Positions 13,386-26,400 of a DNA stretch of 64,000 nt are shown piece after piece. Where the stretch lies: the NCBI GenBank assembly GCA_000708835.1, contig DF237180.1:69542-133541 (forward strand), read 5' to 3'. The stretch's first letter is position 1, and each line of letters opens with the position of its first letter. The DNA comes from Klebsormidium nitens (Eukaryota; Plantae; Klebsormidiophyceae). A program made the position numbers and the translations under genes. The notes under the pieces are model-generated. The model saw nothing but the letters and a program-made list of their open reading frames with translations. It searched no databases and was not told the origin of the DNA.

Positions 13386-14064
13386 GTTTCTGGCCTGTTA
13401 TGGTAGCTCTGGGTGCAACAATGCCTCTGCGTTCCTCTTGATCTTAGTATGCCAGCCACCTAAGCAGAAGAGCTTATATTAGCGAACTTGACGCCAACAG
13501 GTGCAGGGATGCATCACGTTCTTGGCAGTGAAACCTTCGACTCCCGCCCTGTACACTGAGTGCTTTTGCGTTTGTCACTGTCACTCGCCGCCACCAGGAC
13601 GCGCCTACACCCCTCTCCCTTTCTGCAATTTTGGTTTTGGAAGGCGGCATCCTGTTCAACTTCAAGTTCTCAAGTCAGCCTACGTCTTCACTGTGACCTG
13701 GACTCGGAGCGACCAGTGGCCCAGCAGCACAACAGATTTCAAATTTTCAAATTGGCTCCCGCCCAAAGGAGCCAATTTGGGTTAATCCATTCTACTACTA
13801 GCTTCTATCTTTGACCCAAACCCAACACGTTTTCAGCGCGCGAGCGCGGCGCGCAAGCCAGCAGGCATGGCCAGCGCTCTAGGGAATTCCGAATGAGGAA
13901 GGAAGGAAACCAGTCCAACACCTACGCAATTCTGGGTCCTGTTTCGCCCAAGCAAATGCTGGCTTTCTAGATTCTAGTCTCTAGGCTCAGCTGAAAGTCC
14001 AGAAGAAGGTGGGATTTCCTGCCCATACCAAAGAAGCAGCTGTACCTTTCACAGGGGTGTAGGA

Positions 14065-17000
14065 ATGGCTGAGGAGAATTCTGCGGCGGAGGCGCTGGAG
14101 TCGATGCACATTTCACATCCAGGAACTGACAATGCTGGAGCGGCTGGCCAAGAGAAGGAAAAGGAGCTGAATCAGGCCACTTTCTTCCACTGCGTCGAAG
14201 CACAGAATGCAAAAACTCTGCAGATCCTGACTCGGACAAGACAGGTGGATGTCAATGCCGTCAATCAAGAGGTGAGTTGAAATGATCAATCCCAGATTGC
14301 AGACGTTTGTGGCAAGAAAGCATCGCCGTAAGTGTCCCTCTAGCCTTAAAGGAAAATTGCCCTGCAACTCATCCCTGGACAATGTAATTGAAACGCCAAT
14401 TCTGCCATCACCTTGCAATATATTTCTCTAGATACTTATGATGAGCTGAAGTTACCTAGATTAGGAACAAAGCTAACACTTGATCCTCAGCCCACTTTAC
14501 TTGCTCCATGTCCGTGCCCATCCAAACCCACCTCACTAGCCCCACCCATCCGACAAATAATCGCGGTAGTTACCAATTTCTTTGGTCTGTGGTCTTTGGA
14601 AAGTGTCCCAACATAGTCCTGGCCCATTATGAGAGTAAGGCACTCCTTGTCTGATTTTGCACTTCTGCTCAGAGACAAGGCATACCCTGACAGGGAAACC
14701 GGTCGTCCTTGATGCCAACTTTTTTCTGTCCTTCTGATTAACTCAGCTTCAATTCCAGTTGCAGTTGGCTGGCAGGCTCCACACCAGTCTGAAAGGGCCA
14801 GGTCACTACATAAACATCGGTCGTGCACCAAAGATTCTCCTTCTCCAGATTCCCCTCCGTAATCAGACTGCCCTGTCTCCTCTCGCGCTCGAAAAACCTA
14901 ATGCAGCAGACTACTTGCAGGCTCAAAAGTTGGCCTGAGCTTTTGAGTTTCAGTATTCACCTTAAAAGGTATAACAGTCAAGTCCTCAGCGAGTGCTGAA
15001 AGTATGATTGCTTGGCCATCGATTAGAGACCTGCAGGCGGTGCTGAGTTTGGAGACGGTGTGAAATTGAAGGGGATTCTCATGCATTCAAGATTATCTTT
15101 TCTCCAGGGGTTGACTGGTTTGCACATTGCCGTGAGTCAATATGACAAAACCCGGAACACCGACATTGTAAAGATTCTGCTGGAGGTAGGGGCAGACATC
15201 AACAAGAAGGCAGCTGACAAGGCAGCAGACAAATTCCTGAAGTAAGTCAGTCCCCAACCTTCCTCGACTCTACAATGTTATAGGAGTAAGAAAATCAGTG
15301 TAGGAACAACAGCTGCCGCTAAGTAGAAAGAATTGCTTTGCAACTCCTAACGCCAAAACAGAAAGGCAGGGATCATTCAGGAGCACTCAAGTTGAGAGAC
15401 GCTAGAACCTTAGTGTCCATAAATCAGGCATGTTTGTGTGTTCAGCAGATGCTTTTCCGTTCAGCCGCTGGCTCCTTTCCTCCCACTCTCGGGCCATGTT
15501 TCTGGACAGCCAATCAATACAGATTAGCAGTGCTTTCTTCCGTGACTCTTTTGCAGCATTGTCCGCGTGTCAGATTCCAAGCATGGCAAAGAGGAGACGG
15601 CCAAGATCAAGGTCAACGGCATGACGCCCCTGCTGTTGGCTCTGGAGCTCAAGTCTTCGCTGTATGTTAAAGGTGGGTTCTCAATCTTGGTATCGCGGGC
15701 TGAACTGAGGTTTGCAAATAGTGTCAAGTTTTACTCCTTGAGGCTGGGTTGAAGGTTGAAAGGAGCTCTTCAAGAGCATCTAGAATCAAACAGTTGGATT
15801 TTTCATACCAAGGCATGGCAACTTCGTTCAAATATCGCTCAAACCAGGTAGACTCGACTCAAACGGATCGGACATGCAGTTTCACCTTCTCTCGGCCCAC
15901 TCCTAGGGCTCCGGTCAAACATAGCTGCAAAGACCATCACAAGCCTGCAGACTCTAAGGTAATACATCCTGAAGCAATAATATTTTTCATAGTTGATTCT
16001 GGCACACAGACCTTGCAAGCAAACACCTCACCTTCACAGGGTTAGGTCTGAGAGTTCAAGCCTACCTTTTGCCCGCACTAGACAGCTGCAATGTGGAGGA
16101 CCTCCGAATCTCTGCAAGTGATGCCCCACCTGCACTTCGCATGTCATACCCTCAGGAAGGAAAGTCGAAACCGAAACTTACACTTCGGAACTACAAACAC
16201 AAATTGAACAACGAAGAGATCTAACCGCGCTTGTCTATTCTGCTCCAGGGATGGAGTATCGCCACTGGGACGCCATGCTGTCGGTCCTGGCAGCCGCCAC
16301 CATCAAGCAGGCCTCCAACGCCGACGTACATGCAGCGACACAGGAGGCCGAGCACACCGCCTCGCTGGCGGCATTGCAGCAGGGCTGGGCCGCCGTGTTT
16401 GACAGCGGGGCGCACGAGCTGGTGGACCTGCGGGCGGAGGGGAAGGACATCCCGGCGTTGAAGCAGATCGTTATGCACTCCTCCAAGGTGAGGGGGAGGG
16501 AGTGGGGAGTTTTGTCTGCTGCTGACTGCGCCAATGGATGTGTCGGCTGATGGATGTACGCACACTTGCATTCGGATGAGGAAGGAGGGCGGCTGCACAG
16601 TGAGGTTGATTGATTTTGTGTCCTCAATTGACGGGCGTCTGTAGTTATGCACCCCCTTCAAGCATGATACGCAATCACGGAGTGATTGATGCTCGTGTCT
16701 GCAACCACGTTGGGGACTCGCCTTCTTTGAAGAAGCAAAACTTATCGGTGACCAAGTTGGATCACTTAATGTAAGGGCCTTTCCGTCAGGCGTGGTTGAT
16801 TGTTTGCCGTCATCTCTTGTTGAAACACTTGAGATCGAGGACACCGTCTCGTGATTGCTATATGAATATCCTGTGATGTGAAGGAGCCGCTGAGAATGTT
16901 CAATTTAGCGGTCAGTCTGACTGGGCATCACGAGAAGCATCTCACTCGGTATCTTTGTTCACGGATGGTCGGCCCTTCTTGCGGTCTGACGGCAGGAGAC

Positions 17001-18585
17001 TCTTAATATAAGCAGCCAATACTTGTTTGCTGCTTCCATGATCCAATCAACGGGCACGGACTCCCAATAATTAGAGCGAACTTGCCATACTGCCTTCTAC
17101 CCAAGCCTGAAGAAGTATACCTAGTCTGCGTCATTGCCAACTCTGACTCTGCCAAATCCAACTCGTCCGTCCGCAGCGGTGGAAGCGCGAGATCGAGTCA
17201 CAGGACTCCACCGCGCGCTCGTCTCTCACGCGGGGCGGCCTGCTGCTCGAGGTCAAAGAAGCATCGTACACCGTCATCCAACACCTGGTGCGCTACCTGT
17301 ACTCCGGGCTGGGAGACGACGAGTTTGTCAAGACCAGGGGGGCCGACGTCTTCCTAGCAGCCTACAGGGTAAGCAAGGGTATAAACAAATCTGGGTTTTC
17401 TGGGGGGCTGTTGGATTTTTCCGGGGCGTGATGGTTCTGCTTTGCGGGCTTTAACGCAGTCGCTCTCACAGGACATGCGTAAGGTGTTGACAAGTTAATC
17501 AGCAACTCATTGACAACACGAGATTTGACGAACCCTCACGCTTCTCGAGCGATGGAAAGTTTGTTTGGGTGCGCAACTCGGCACTGCGTCGATGTAAGTC
17601 GATTCCGCGTGTGGGGTGATCCGAAGGTCTCGAAAGCAAACGTGGATTTTGAGTCCACCCGTCTGCTTTGGCTACGCTCTATGTCCCCTTTGCTTCTGCT
17701 TATCAGGGTCGGCGATAAAGCTTTCAGACATTGTGAAATCGTGGAGCATTCTCGTCTTAATCGACGTTCGATCCAACCTTCGTTCTTCTGAGAATAAAGC
17801 TCGATTTCCTTCATAATGTTGGTCTTTGCACCCCTTTGCACCTGCTGGCTTCCTTCATTTGATTGCTCCTTCAGCCCGCGAGACCACGTCTCGGTTTCGC
17901 ATAAGCCTCGTCAGTCATGTGACGCAATGTGTGATTGCCCTGTTTGACTTTATTGCATCCGGTTTGCAGTACGAGATCCCGGACGTGTGCCAAGTGTTGG
18001 AGAAGAAGCTCGACATCACCCCGGGTAAGAAGCATCTCTGTAGGAGGCTTTCTGTCCTTGACAGTCAGAACACATTTCCCTTTTGCTTTCTCAGCGCCCA
18101 TCGATGTCGCACGGGCTCCTTTCCTTCAAGCGATGAAGATTCCGATTCGCTACCAATCTCTCCTTTTGTTTCCCAAGGCAAGTCGATTCCTCAGGAACTT
18201 CCTGCCCCAGACGCTTGTCGACCGCTGGATCATCGTCCTTCGTTCATCTCATCTGTCTGTTTACCATCGCCTGCTTCTCTTGTTGCTTCCTCCTATCAAG
18301 AATCATTTTCCTTCCTTTAGTTTCCTCGCTTCTCAACTCCCGTGTCTTTTCCTTTCAGACAACTGGATCAAGGTGTTGTCGGTGGCAATCGTTGCCGGCT
18401 CGTCCCTACTCACTCTGCGCGTGGCCCAGTCCATCAAGCACCTCTTGGATAAGCGCCTGTCCTTCTCTCACATTCGCCGGCCCTCGTTCTCTTACATGGA
18501 GTTACCCCCTCATCAGCCGTTTGGCAAAGCGGAGAACGAGAGTGCTGAGAACCTGCGAAAGATTGAGGAGAGCAGCCGGGATTAA
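14065..18585 (+). CDS. Ankyrin-repeat + BTB/POZ (BACK-like tail) protein, 7 exons, 389 aa
   Basis: Exons 14065-14271, 15108-15241, 15557-15672, 16249-16487, 17177-17368, 17970-18024, 18359-18585 (1170 nt). Ankyrin: VNAVNQEGLTGLHIAV...IVKILLEVGADIN, NGMTPLLLAL. BTB-like: VDLRAEGKDIPALKQIVMHSSKRW...EVKEASYTVIQHLVRYLYSG...VFLAAYRYEIPDVCQVLEKKLDITPDNWIKVL. Confidence 0.85.
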
Positions 18586-19376
18586 GGGGTACCGCGCCGA
18601 TAGATTGGGCGCGTCACGCAAGGTTCTGCAAAACGAGATTCAAAAGACTCTTAAGGGGAGGAATACTAACACTAAGAAAGTTTCGCCAGGTTCTGGATGC
18701 ATGCTTTAACGATCATACACAATTTTGTGGATAAACCATTAAGGCCCTCAAGGGTGTACTAGACTACTATATATATGGTGAGTACGATAGATAATGCTTT
18801 TGGGGGAGTTGAACGGCTAGACGCAAGTGGCCGCATGTATGATACAAGAAAGCGCAATGAGCAAGAGTGTAGGCAAGACATGGGTTTATGGGGGCTATGA
18901 GAAATATCAAATATATGCAGATAAGGGGCTAAGAGATACACGGCGGTTTTGATTGCGGGGCCAGAAAAGCTTGAAAGTTCGACTTTGTAATCAGGACGGT
19001 ACAATATTGACACGGCTTATATATAAAGATTTGATATGAGGAATCCGATAAAGAAGGGCAACTTGCATTTGCGAAATGCTGCCGAAGTTAATCCTGTCTG
19101 ATATGATTACTAGCATGATCTTTGGCATGACGTACCAGGATCGGTCACCGATCAGATGGCGCGGCCGACTTTTTCATCCCTCGGGAAGCATGAACAATTC
19201 GGGGCGGCCACGCTTGAAAAGGCGACAATGGACAGGCCGGACGGTTGTTATGGCACGTACGGATCGAACTCACCTGCACCGAGCACATTCCTAAGGCAAG
19301 AGTCGAATTGGCGCTCATCTTGGATCGAGGGCCCTTATGAGCGAGCCGGGCTGTCCGCGAGCATCTAGATTCGTGT

Positions 19377-22318
19377 TCATTTGACGCCGAGAATCCAACC
19401 TTCTTCAGCCACAACAGTTGCAAGGTCCACCGGGACCGCATCCTCTGCAACACCGCTACCTGTCCCCGTCAGTTTTAAGCTACGCGAACGGTTGTTTGAA
19501 GAAGAGGGTTTTGCATTAACTTCTTGTCCGCTGGGCTCACCCTTTCGATCGCTGTACTTTTCATCAGTTTCTGGAGGCCCGAAAGGTCCGTAGAAAAGGT
19601 GCTCCAGCTGCCCAGCTGCGTCGAGGGCAGCAAAGTGCGAAGCGAGAGCTCGCACCTGCAACGCAATCTTTGGTCCGTCAGACTTGCATTAGAAGAAGTG
19701 AGACACTTTTCCTTCAGCCTCGATCTTAAGCGACTTCTTGCATCGGAGGAAACAGCTCTGGATGGTCCCAGCATGAGTGCAGCTTCGTCATTGATTAAAG
19801 CATTGATCGATGGGTAGGCTGGAAGCGACGAAGTAACATCGACGTCATCAAGCAAGATTCGGGACCTTAATGCGGTCGCTGCACCACACAAACCATGCCA
19901 AGGGCGAGCACGGGCTGCTTTTGCTCGATCCAATCTGACTGCATTTGCAACATCTGAGACCCGTGCAACTCTTTAGCATATCGTATTGTACAAGGTAATC
20001 AAACCATAGCACTGACGGCTTCCACGTTGAAGTTGAATCCTTGGAGAATTTTCTCTTCTCCTGCGTTTTACGCACCTGCCCTGCGTCTTTTGGTTCTTTC
20101 CCGACACAGACCGGGGGAACTAGGGACGGGTACGCCTCAGCCATGACGATGGACGGCCCGGAGTGCCCGGTACTTTCCCCCGGGGGCCGAAGGCCGGTCT
20201 CGAAGGGCCACACCCGGGTGCAGTCTCGCAGGTCCGGGTGGTGACGTATGTTGAAGACACGTGGGATGCCCAGGAGAGTCTGCGAAGGGCGCTTTTTATT
20301 GAATGACTCGCTCAACATGAGCTTTCCGAAGATCCAAACACTTCAAATACAGGAGTAGGGCGTTTTTTCGGAGGGCGAAGCCGGATTTATATATCAGCAA
20401 CAGTGACCCTGAGAGATTTGACTGTGAGGTAGGTGAAGTGGGGACTAGTCCGCAAACCTAGTTTGCATTGGCCCCACTTGTTGAGCAGCAGCGAGGTTCA
20501 CGCTATCTCACTTGTGTGCTCGAACTCACAACCACGAGCGAGTCTAGGAAGAGAGATTTTGTGGCGGCCTTTCAGTCGTGAGGTACTCCTAATCCGCTTC
20601 ATACAATATCGAAGCTTTCATTAGCACTCCTGATTGTCATTCCCGACCTTTTGTGAGAGCAGACTGAACGCACCTCAAAGTTGAGGGGAGACATTTCGGG
20701 AAAGCTGATTGAGAGTCGTTGAAAACGTATCCAGGCTCATACCCAGTAGAAAGACGTAATTTTCATTTCAATCAATTTGGAGTGCTACTATTTGAACGAC
20801 CGTCAAATGAATGGCGTTCAAGGGAGACCAAATCGCAAAGACAGGGAATTAGGACGACAGGACCAGAAAGAGATTGCTTTTCAAAGCAGAAGTAGAAGTT
20901 TAATCTTTTTGGTGATGATGACGTGGTGATGGTGACGTGGCCTTACTTGAGAGCCAACTGCACCGGTCGTGTAGAGCTTCCACGTGGTCTGAGCAGTGCA
21001 CCTGCTTTCGGCCGCCCTTTTCTCAGGAAATACCGGCGAACTAGGGAGGGGAAGTTGCTTCTTGGGGCACAGGAAGGGTGAAGCTCGAGAGGGCGGGCAG
21101 CCCCAAAAAGGGTAGGGAGACCCGGACACCTGTACAGATTGGATTGATTCGATTGATAGGAGAGAGTGCTCAGAAGCTGACTTGTTAGTTGCATCGGCCT
21201 TTTTGATCTGCATGAGTTTTCCAACCTGTTGCTGCTCACAACGACCCTGAGCCAAAGCAGGGAAGGGCGAGGTCTTTGAGAGTTTGTCAAAGCTTCTTCC
21301 ATGATACTCCATGTGTTTTGCAGGACTTTTGGCAGCAGGTCAGCATACTCTATACTAGGAGTTCAAGGGACCAAGACTCACATGTATCAGCGACAAAACG
21401 GAGGACAGGGATTGTCAGAGCAAGCCGGTGATGACTTTGTGGCATTGGAACTGGTTTGAAGCTCACCAGTTCATTCAGCCGGGCGGCCACCTCAAAGCGG
21501 TTATTGCTATTGTTGTCCTCATCGACAACATGCTGGTGCAGGTATTGCCAGACAGTTTCCCAACCAGGACACGGGTCCCCACTCCCACCGCTTTTGCCCA
21601 TAACCTCCGCCCTATCCACCACGCACGCCGGGTTTCCACCCAAGCTCCCATTAGCTATTGATTCCGCTGCACGGTTAAGTCGGATCTTTTCAGCAAGAGC
21701 GGCTGCGAAACCCCTGCTAAACCCAAGGGAAAAGTCAAACCCAAGCAAAACCCTTCGGCCCCTGGCAACCAGTCCCACCAGCTTCTCAATCAATACTGCT
21801 TCAGCCATGGCCCTGGTTGGAATGTTCTCAACCACTGGAACTGCCTCCCCGCACGAGCCAGGTGGCGGGCACAGATTGGTCGTCACGGGAAGGGAGGTGC
21901 TGCTGGTGTTGGTTTCTGCTAGGAAGGTTGGGTGTGCCACTCGGGGGCACTTTGTGCGCTGCTCAACGATTGGCCCAGAAGCAGAGGTTGGAGCAGCTTC
22001 TGTGATGCCAGCTATCACACTCCTTTTGCGCCCTTGTCTTTTAGCAACTTGAGGCATTGACGCAGACGTTTCGCTTCTCTCCACCAACAGATCCTTATTC
22101 AGTTCCTTACACTCGATTGTTGTAGCACACCTTTTGCTTTTCCTCCTTGCAGCTTCTTCCCTTTCACATCCAGTTCTTCCTCTAAGCCCCACATCCTGTG
22201 CAAGGGGTTTGCAGAAACAAGCGTCCGCAATGCAGTACCAGATGCTATCTTGCCCCATTTTCGGCACACTGGATGCTGACCAGTCTACAATTACATACGT
22301 ATCAAATAAGCGGGCCAT
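19377..22318 (-). CDS. Bacterial-type DUF429-like / RNase H-fold predicted nuclease, 4 exons, 505 aa
   Basis: Exons 22318-21467, 21129-20947, 20279-20076, 19655-19377 (all phase 0; 1518 nt). Ordered motifs FDTYVIVDWSASS, DSIW, NIPTR, GRRVLLGFDFSLGF, NSNNRFEVAARLN, PFWGCP, WKLYTTGAVGSQTLLGIP, VWPFETGL, AEAYPSL, KDAGQVRALA, EEGWILGV. I recall these from a proteobacterial family often loosely labelled 'CbiG'. Family assignment is from memory, not a search. Confidence 0.8.
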
Positions 22319-23415
22319 GGCCCGTCTTCTAGCTGCCGCAATGTCCTGAAGGCGTCGTCTCTCCGCTTGGCAGAGCGCCTGCTTCAATGGATCACAGCAG
22401 ATGGCATTGCAAAGTAAAATGCTGCATTTCTTGTCACGGTAAAGCGGGGCTGCAATTTGCAGATTGCAGGCTGCGTCTGCTCGTTTGAAAAGAAACAGTG
22501 TCTCAGGCTCGTGAGCAATAGTAATACCGGTATGGCACGATGCGCAATCATGCTGACGCTCAGATCTTCCGGCATAAGAAACCCTAAATTGCGCAGAACA
22601 AATCTGGTCAGACCGAGCGTTACGCTATTAACTGTAGCTGTCGCCCGTGTTATTGCCCGACCGCGAAGCGAAATTGAGTGGTAACGCAGGTCGTTTCCGG
22701 AAACCCAAAGAATGTTCAATTAGCTCAACCGAGATACGCCCGGCCACATCCGCAAGATTTTCATAATACCGTATGTAGGACTGTGTAGGACTAGGATACG
22801 GTGTGCCATGCAGAAAAATTCATTGAAATGTGTACAGTTTTTGCTCGACTGCGAGTTATAACCTGTTGTCGCATTTGAAATGCATTGAAAGTGTTGATTT
22901 TGATGCATGTATCATGCAATTATGAGCCTTTTGCATGTATTGCACATGCACGTACTGGCAATCGAAACATTGATGCAAGCCGGTCCATGCGACACGATTT
23001 CAGCACAATCACGAAGTGAGGACATGCATCATATTCAAGGCAGTATATGAAACGCGTATACAGGCAGATTGCAGTATGTTTATATCACCATCGTAATCAG
23101 TTACATGGAACTTTTGATTTTCACCAGCTACAAGTATCTAAGGGACGAGATATGAAGTGCGACGCTGATTACCTCGTGTCAACTCATGGAAGATTCAAAA
23201 ACGTCTTGTCGGGAAAATTGCTGTTCGTATCGTCAGAACTATACCACGCCATTCAGGCTGCCCTGTACACTTGACGACTTTGGAATCCGACTAGGTTCAC
23301 AATTACCCGACGTGCCACGCCGCGATCCGTCAACGCTGTCTTTGTTTGCCTCACAATACCCTATATACAATTCTACTTCGCTCTATCTCAAAAAGGGCAC
23401 TCTGATCTTCGCAAC

Positions 23416-26400
23416 TCACTTTGTCGCCCCGCTTTTCTCCTCTACAGAATCCTTCTCCCCAACTTTCCGCATACCCCCCCTCTCCAACTGCTGCTGGTTA
23501 GGCTCGCCAAGGCCCCCCCCAACCGCATCTTGCACCCTTTTCAACGGAGACGGCTTCCCCGTAAGAATCGACCGCAACAGGGGATCCAAGATCTCAGGAG
23601 CAAGGAGGCGGAAATAAGCAAACAATCCGTACCAGACGGGGAAAATGACGTCAGGCTTGCGCTTGCGGGTGGCGTCGACAGCAGCGCGGGCGGCGAGCGC
23701 AGTCGGGAGGAGCGGGATCAGGCCGAACCCATTTTGCTGCAAAACAATTGTACACGTTCAACCAATTGCTGGCGAATGGGATTGTTGCTAAGTTGGAACG
23801 GCGCGATTTGGAAATTCTCCAGTGTAGCAAGCTTCTGACATCATTGCAAAACAGATCAGAATTCCAAACGTCGTTTTCTATGCTCTCCCCATCCCTTCCT
23901 CTAAATTACGCAAATTAGGTATGTGACATGGAAAAGTTTGCAATGCAAAATGGTTTTTTAGGAGTCTTGCTTCTTGCTGGCGAATACCATCCCTTTTAAG
24001 CGCAAGTGAAGGGATGACAGCTTTGCTCTGGCAGACCCAAGAGGACTGCCTAGGTGATAAGGAGTGGGTGAAGAACACACTTTGGATGAGTCAAAAGATT
24101 CGCAATCACCAGAATCCGAAGTTTGCTGATTCAAAGAAGACGGGTTTTCAAAGAGTTTCGAGACACTGAGAGATGCAAAAATGCGAGACGTAAAGTTCCA
24201 GAGGCTCAGAATACTTCACTGCAGGCCAGCCAGTTTCTTGGTCCTGTGTATTTCAACTCCCACGCCTGTCTTAAACAATCTCCTGAAACGTCTACCGCAT
24301 AACTATTAGAGCCTAACTTTACCAGAGCCAGGACAAGCCCTGAGTGAATGGAAAGACACTAACTCAAAGCAAACCCGCCAGGAAAATAAAAAACGAACTT
24401 GCAGGAAACTCCGTAAACGAAACGCTCACCCTGCGCAATTGAATGCCCTCCTCGTAGTCCGCCACGTGCCCGTCCGGCTGGATGAACTTGCCGTCCGTCA
24501 TTTCGGACTTGACGATGCCTGGGGAGAACATGGTGATCGGCACCTTGTCGCCCAACTCAATGCGGAGCGTGTGGTAGAAACTGGCGACCGCAGACTTGGA
24601 CGCCTGCGAAATGTATACAACATCGAGACGGCTTTCAATATCATACCTACGCTCATCTTTCCAGTAAGATGGGTCCACTTCTGGCGAAAAAAGGAATGGG
24701 ATAAACGTTTTGCCCTCTTTACTCTCAGATCCTAACTGGACAGGATCGTGTTCCAAAATGCCATTGAGCTATTACGTTCGACCAGAATTGCGCTTCGGTA
24801 CCACTTATCGCCGCACGGGTTTTAATAAAACACGGCTTGAGTTGGAAACAATCAGACTAAAGAGAAACGACAGGGCTACCTGTCAGGCGCCCGCATTTGA
24901 CGGCAACTGGAGGTCGATACCAGCAAGTTATCGCCTTCCGTCGACACAGAGCCTCGCCGTGGTTGACACACCAAACACATAGCTTCACCCGTCTTCCAGC
25001 CCTTTCGCCATATCTATTTTTCTCCAGAAATCATGTTCCTCTCAACAAGACACCGCGAAAGGCACAACATTCTCACGATATTTTGCCGCAATTGGCCCCC
25101 ACAGAGTCCCTCAAAGACCGAAACTTCCACAAGAGCAGCTTAGACTCACGTTGTACAGCGTGTTCATGGGCACAGGCGCAATCGAGGAGACGGACACGGT
25201 CACATAGATCTGGCCCTTGCTGGCCTTGAGGTGGGGCAGAGCGTGATGCGTCAGGTTAACGGCGGCCCAAAAGTTGGTATCCTGCGCAGGCAAGCAGAGG
25301 AAATTGATTAGAACATACATATCGTACTTAGAGCAAACGTAGCATCGTCCGTTCGTCGAACAAAGCGGAAAACCCAAAGCTAGATCCTCATCAAAATTCC
25401 GCCGTCCAGCCCACTGCAATCATACCTGTCGGAAGACTCGTTACAATGAAACCGAACAAGGACTACGTGATCGACTGTTTTTCCTTCTGGAAACTCTGCA
25501 CGAGTTTTACTGATGTATTTCTACTGACCATTAATATGCGATTGAATGATTCAAGCAGTGGAGCACGAGAAACAGTGTCATCATTGAAACCGCCACACGG
25601 CCGGGACATTTCCACGGACTAACATGTTCAGGACGTCCAACAAACAATAAGGCAATGAAGCTACCAATCAGAACGTGCAGCAGACCCTATCGTCAAGCGT
25701 CTGTTGTCAAGAGTCAACCTCATTCAATGTTGGGAACTAGTGCTGTTCGATCCTTGATGATGAGCCTGAAGTCAGAAACACAGTTAAATAGACTTGTGTG
25801 ACAACTCAGATCTTCACAGCCAATGGATCAACGCACTCCGATCAAAAGAAGCTTCGAAGACTCAAAATACGCAGGAAGTCCGTTGTTCCTTAATACGATG
25901 CCAGTACAATTTTAGAAAGTCGCACTACACAGGGCGCGTTGGCTTCGATGAGGAGCGAAACGAGCCCCGATCCGAACCAGAGCTTCCGCTCGAAGCGGTG
26001 GCGGACAAACCGGAGCCGGCTTAGTTCTGCAGGAACCGTCCCCGTTTGCAGGAACCGTTCCCCTTCACTACGAACCAGCCTAGAACCAGGGTCTAGCTCC
26101 GGTTCGTCCGCGCTTTTCTAGGGCAGGATGTTCGCTCCTTTCAAAGGTCGTGTCTGTATATGACCCAGCCCTACCTCTAGGACAGCCCTCGGGGTTGCTT
26201 ACCACTGGACTGGAAGCCCAGGTTATCGCCAAACGAGCCAGGTCAAACAGCGTCCCCAGATCACTCCCGTTGCCAAGATCTTTCAATATTTCTAATCTGG
26301 CGCTAACTATCAAGGAGAACCCTGGAGGAGCTCATCAGGATGGACTGAAAGCCCGGGTTATCATCAACCGAGCCAGGTCTAACAGCGTCCCAAGATCGTC

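Noticed and set aside
19377-22318. Calling the DUF429-like gene a cobalamin enzyme (cbiG)
   Set aside because: That label on bacterial homologues is, to my recollection, a loose annotation; no CbiG-specific features or other cob/cbi genes are visible, so no symbol was assigned.
22720-23280. ATGCAT/CATG-rich intergenic stretches (also about 10760-10870, 29930-30060, 36850-36960)
   Set aside because: Could be transposon remnants, but I could not align them to each other or find termini.
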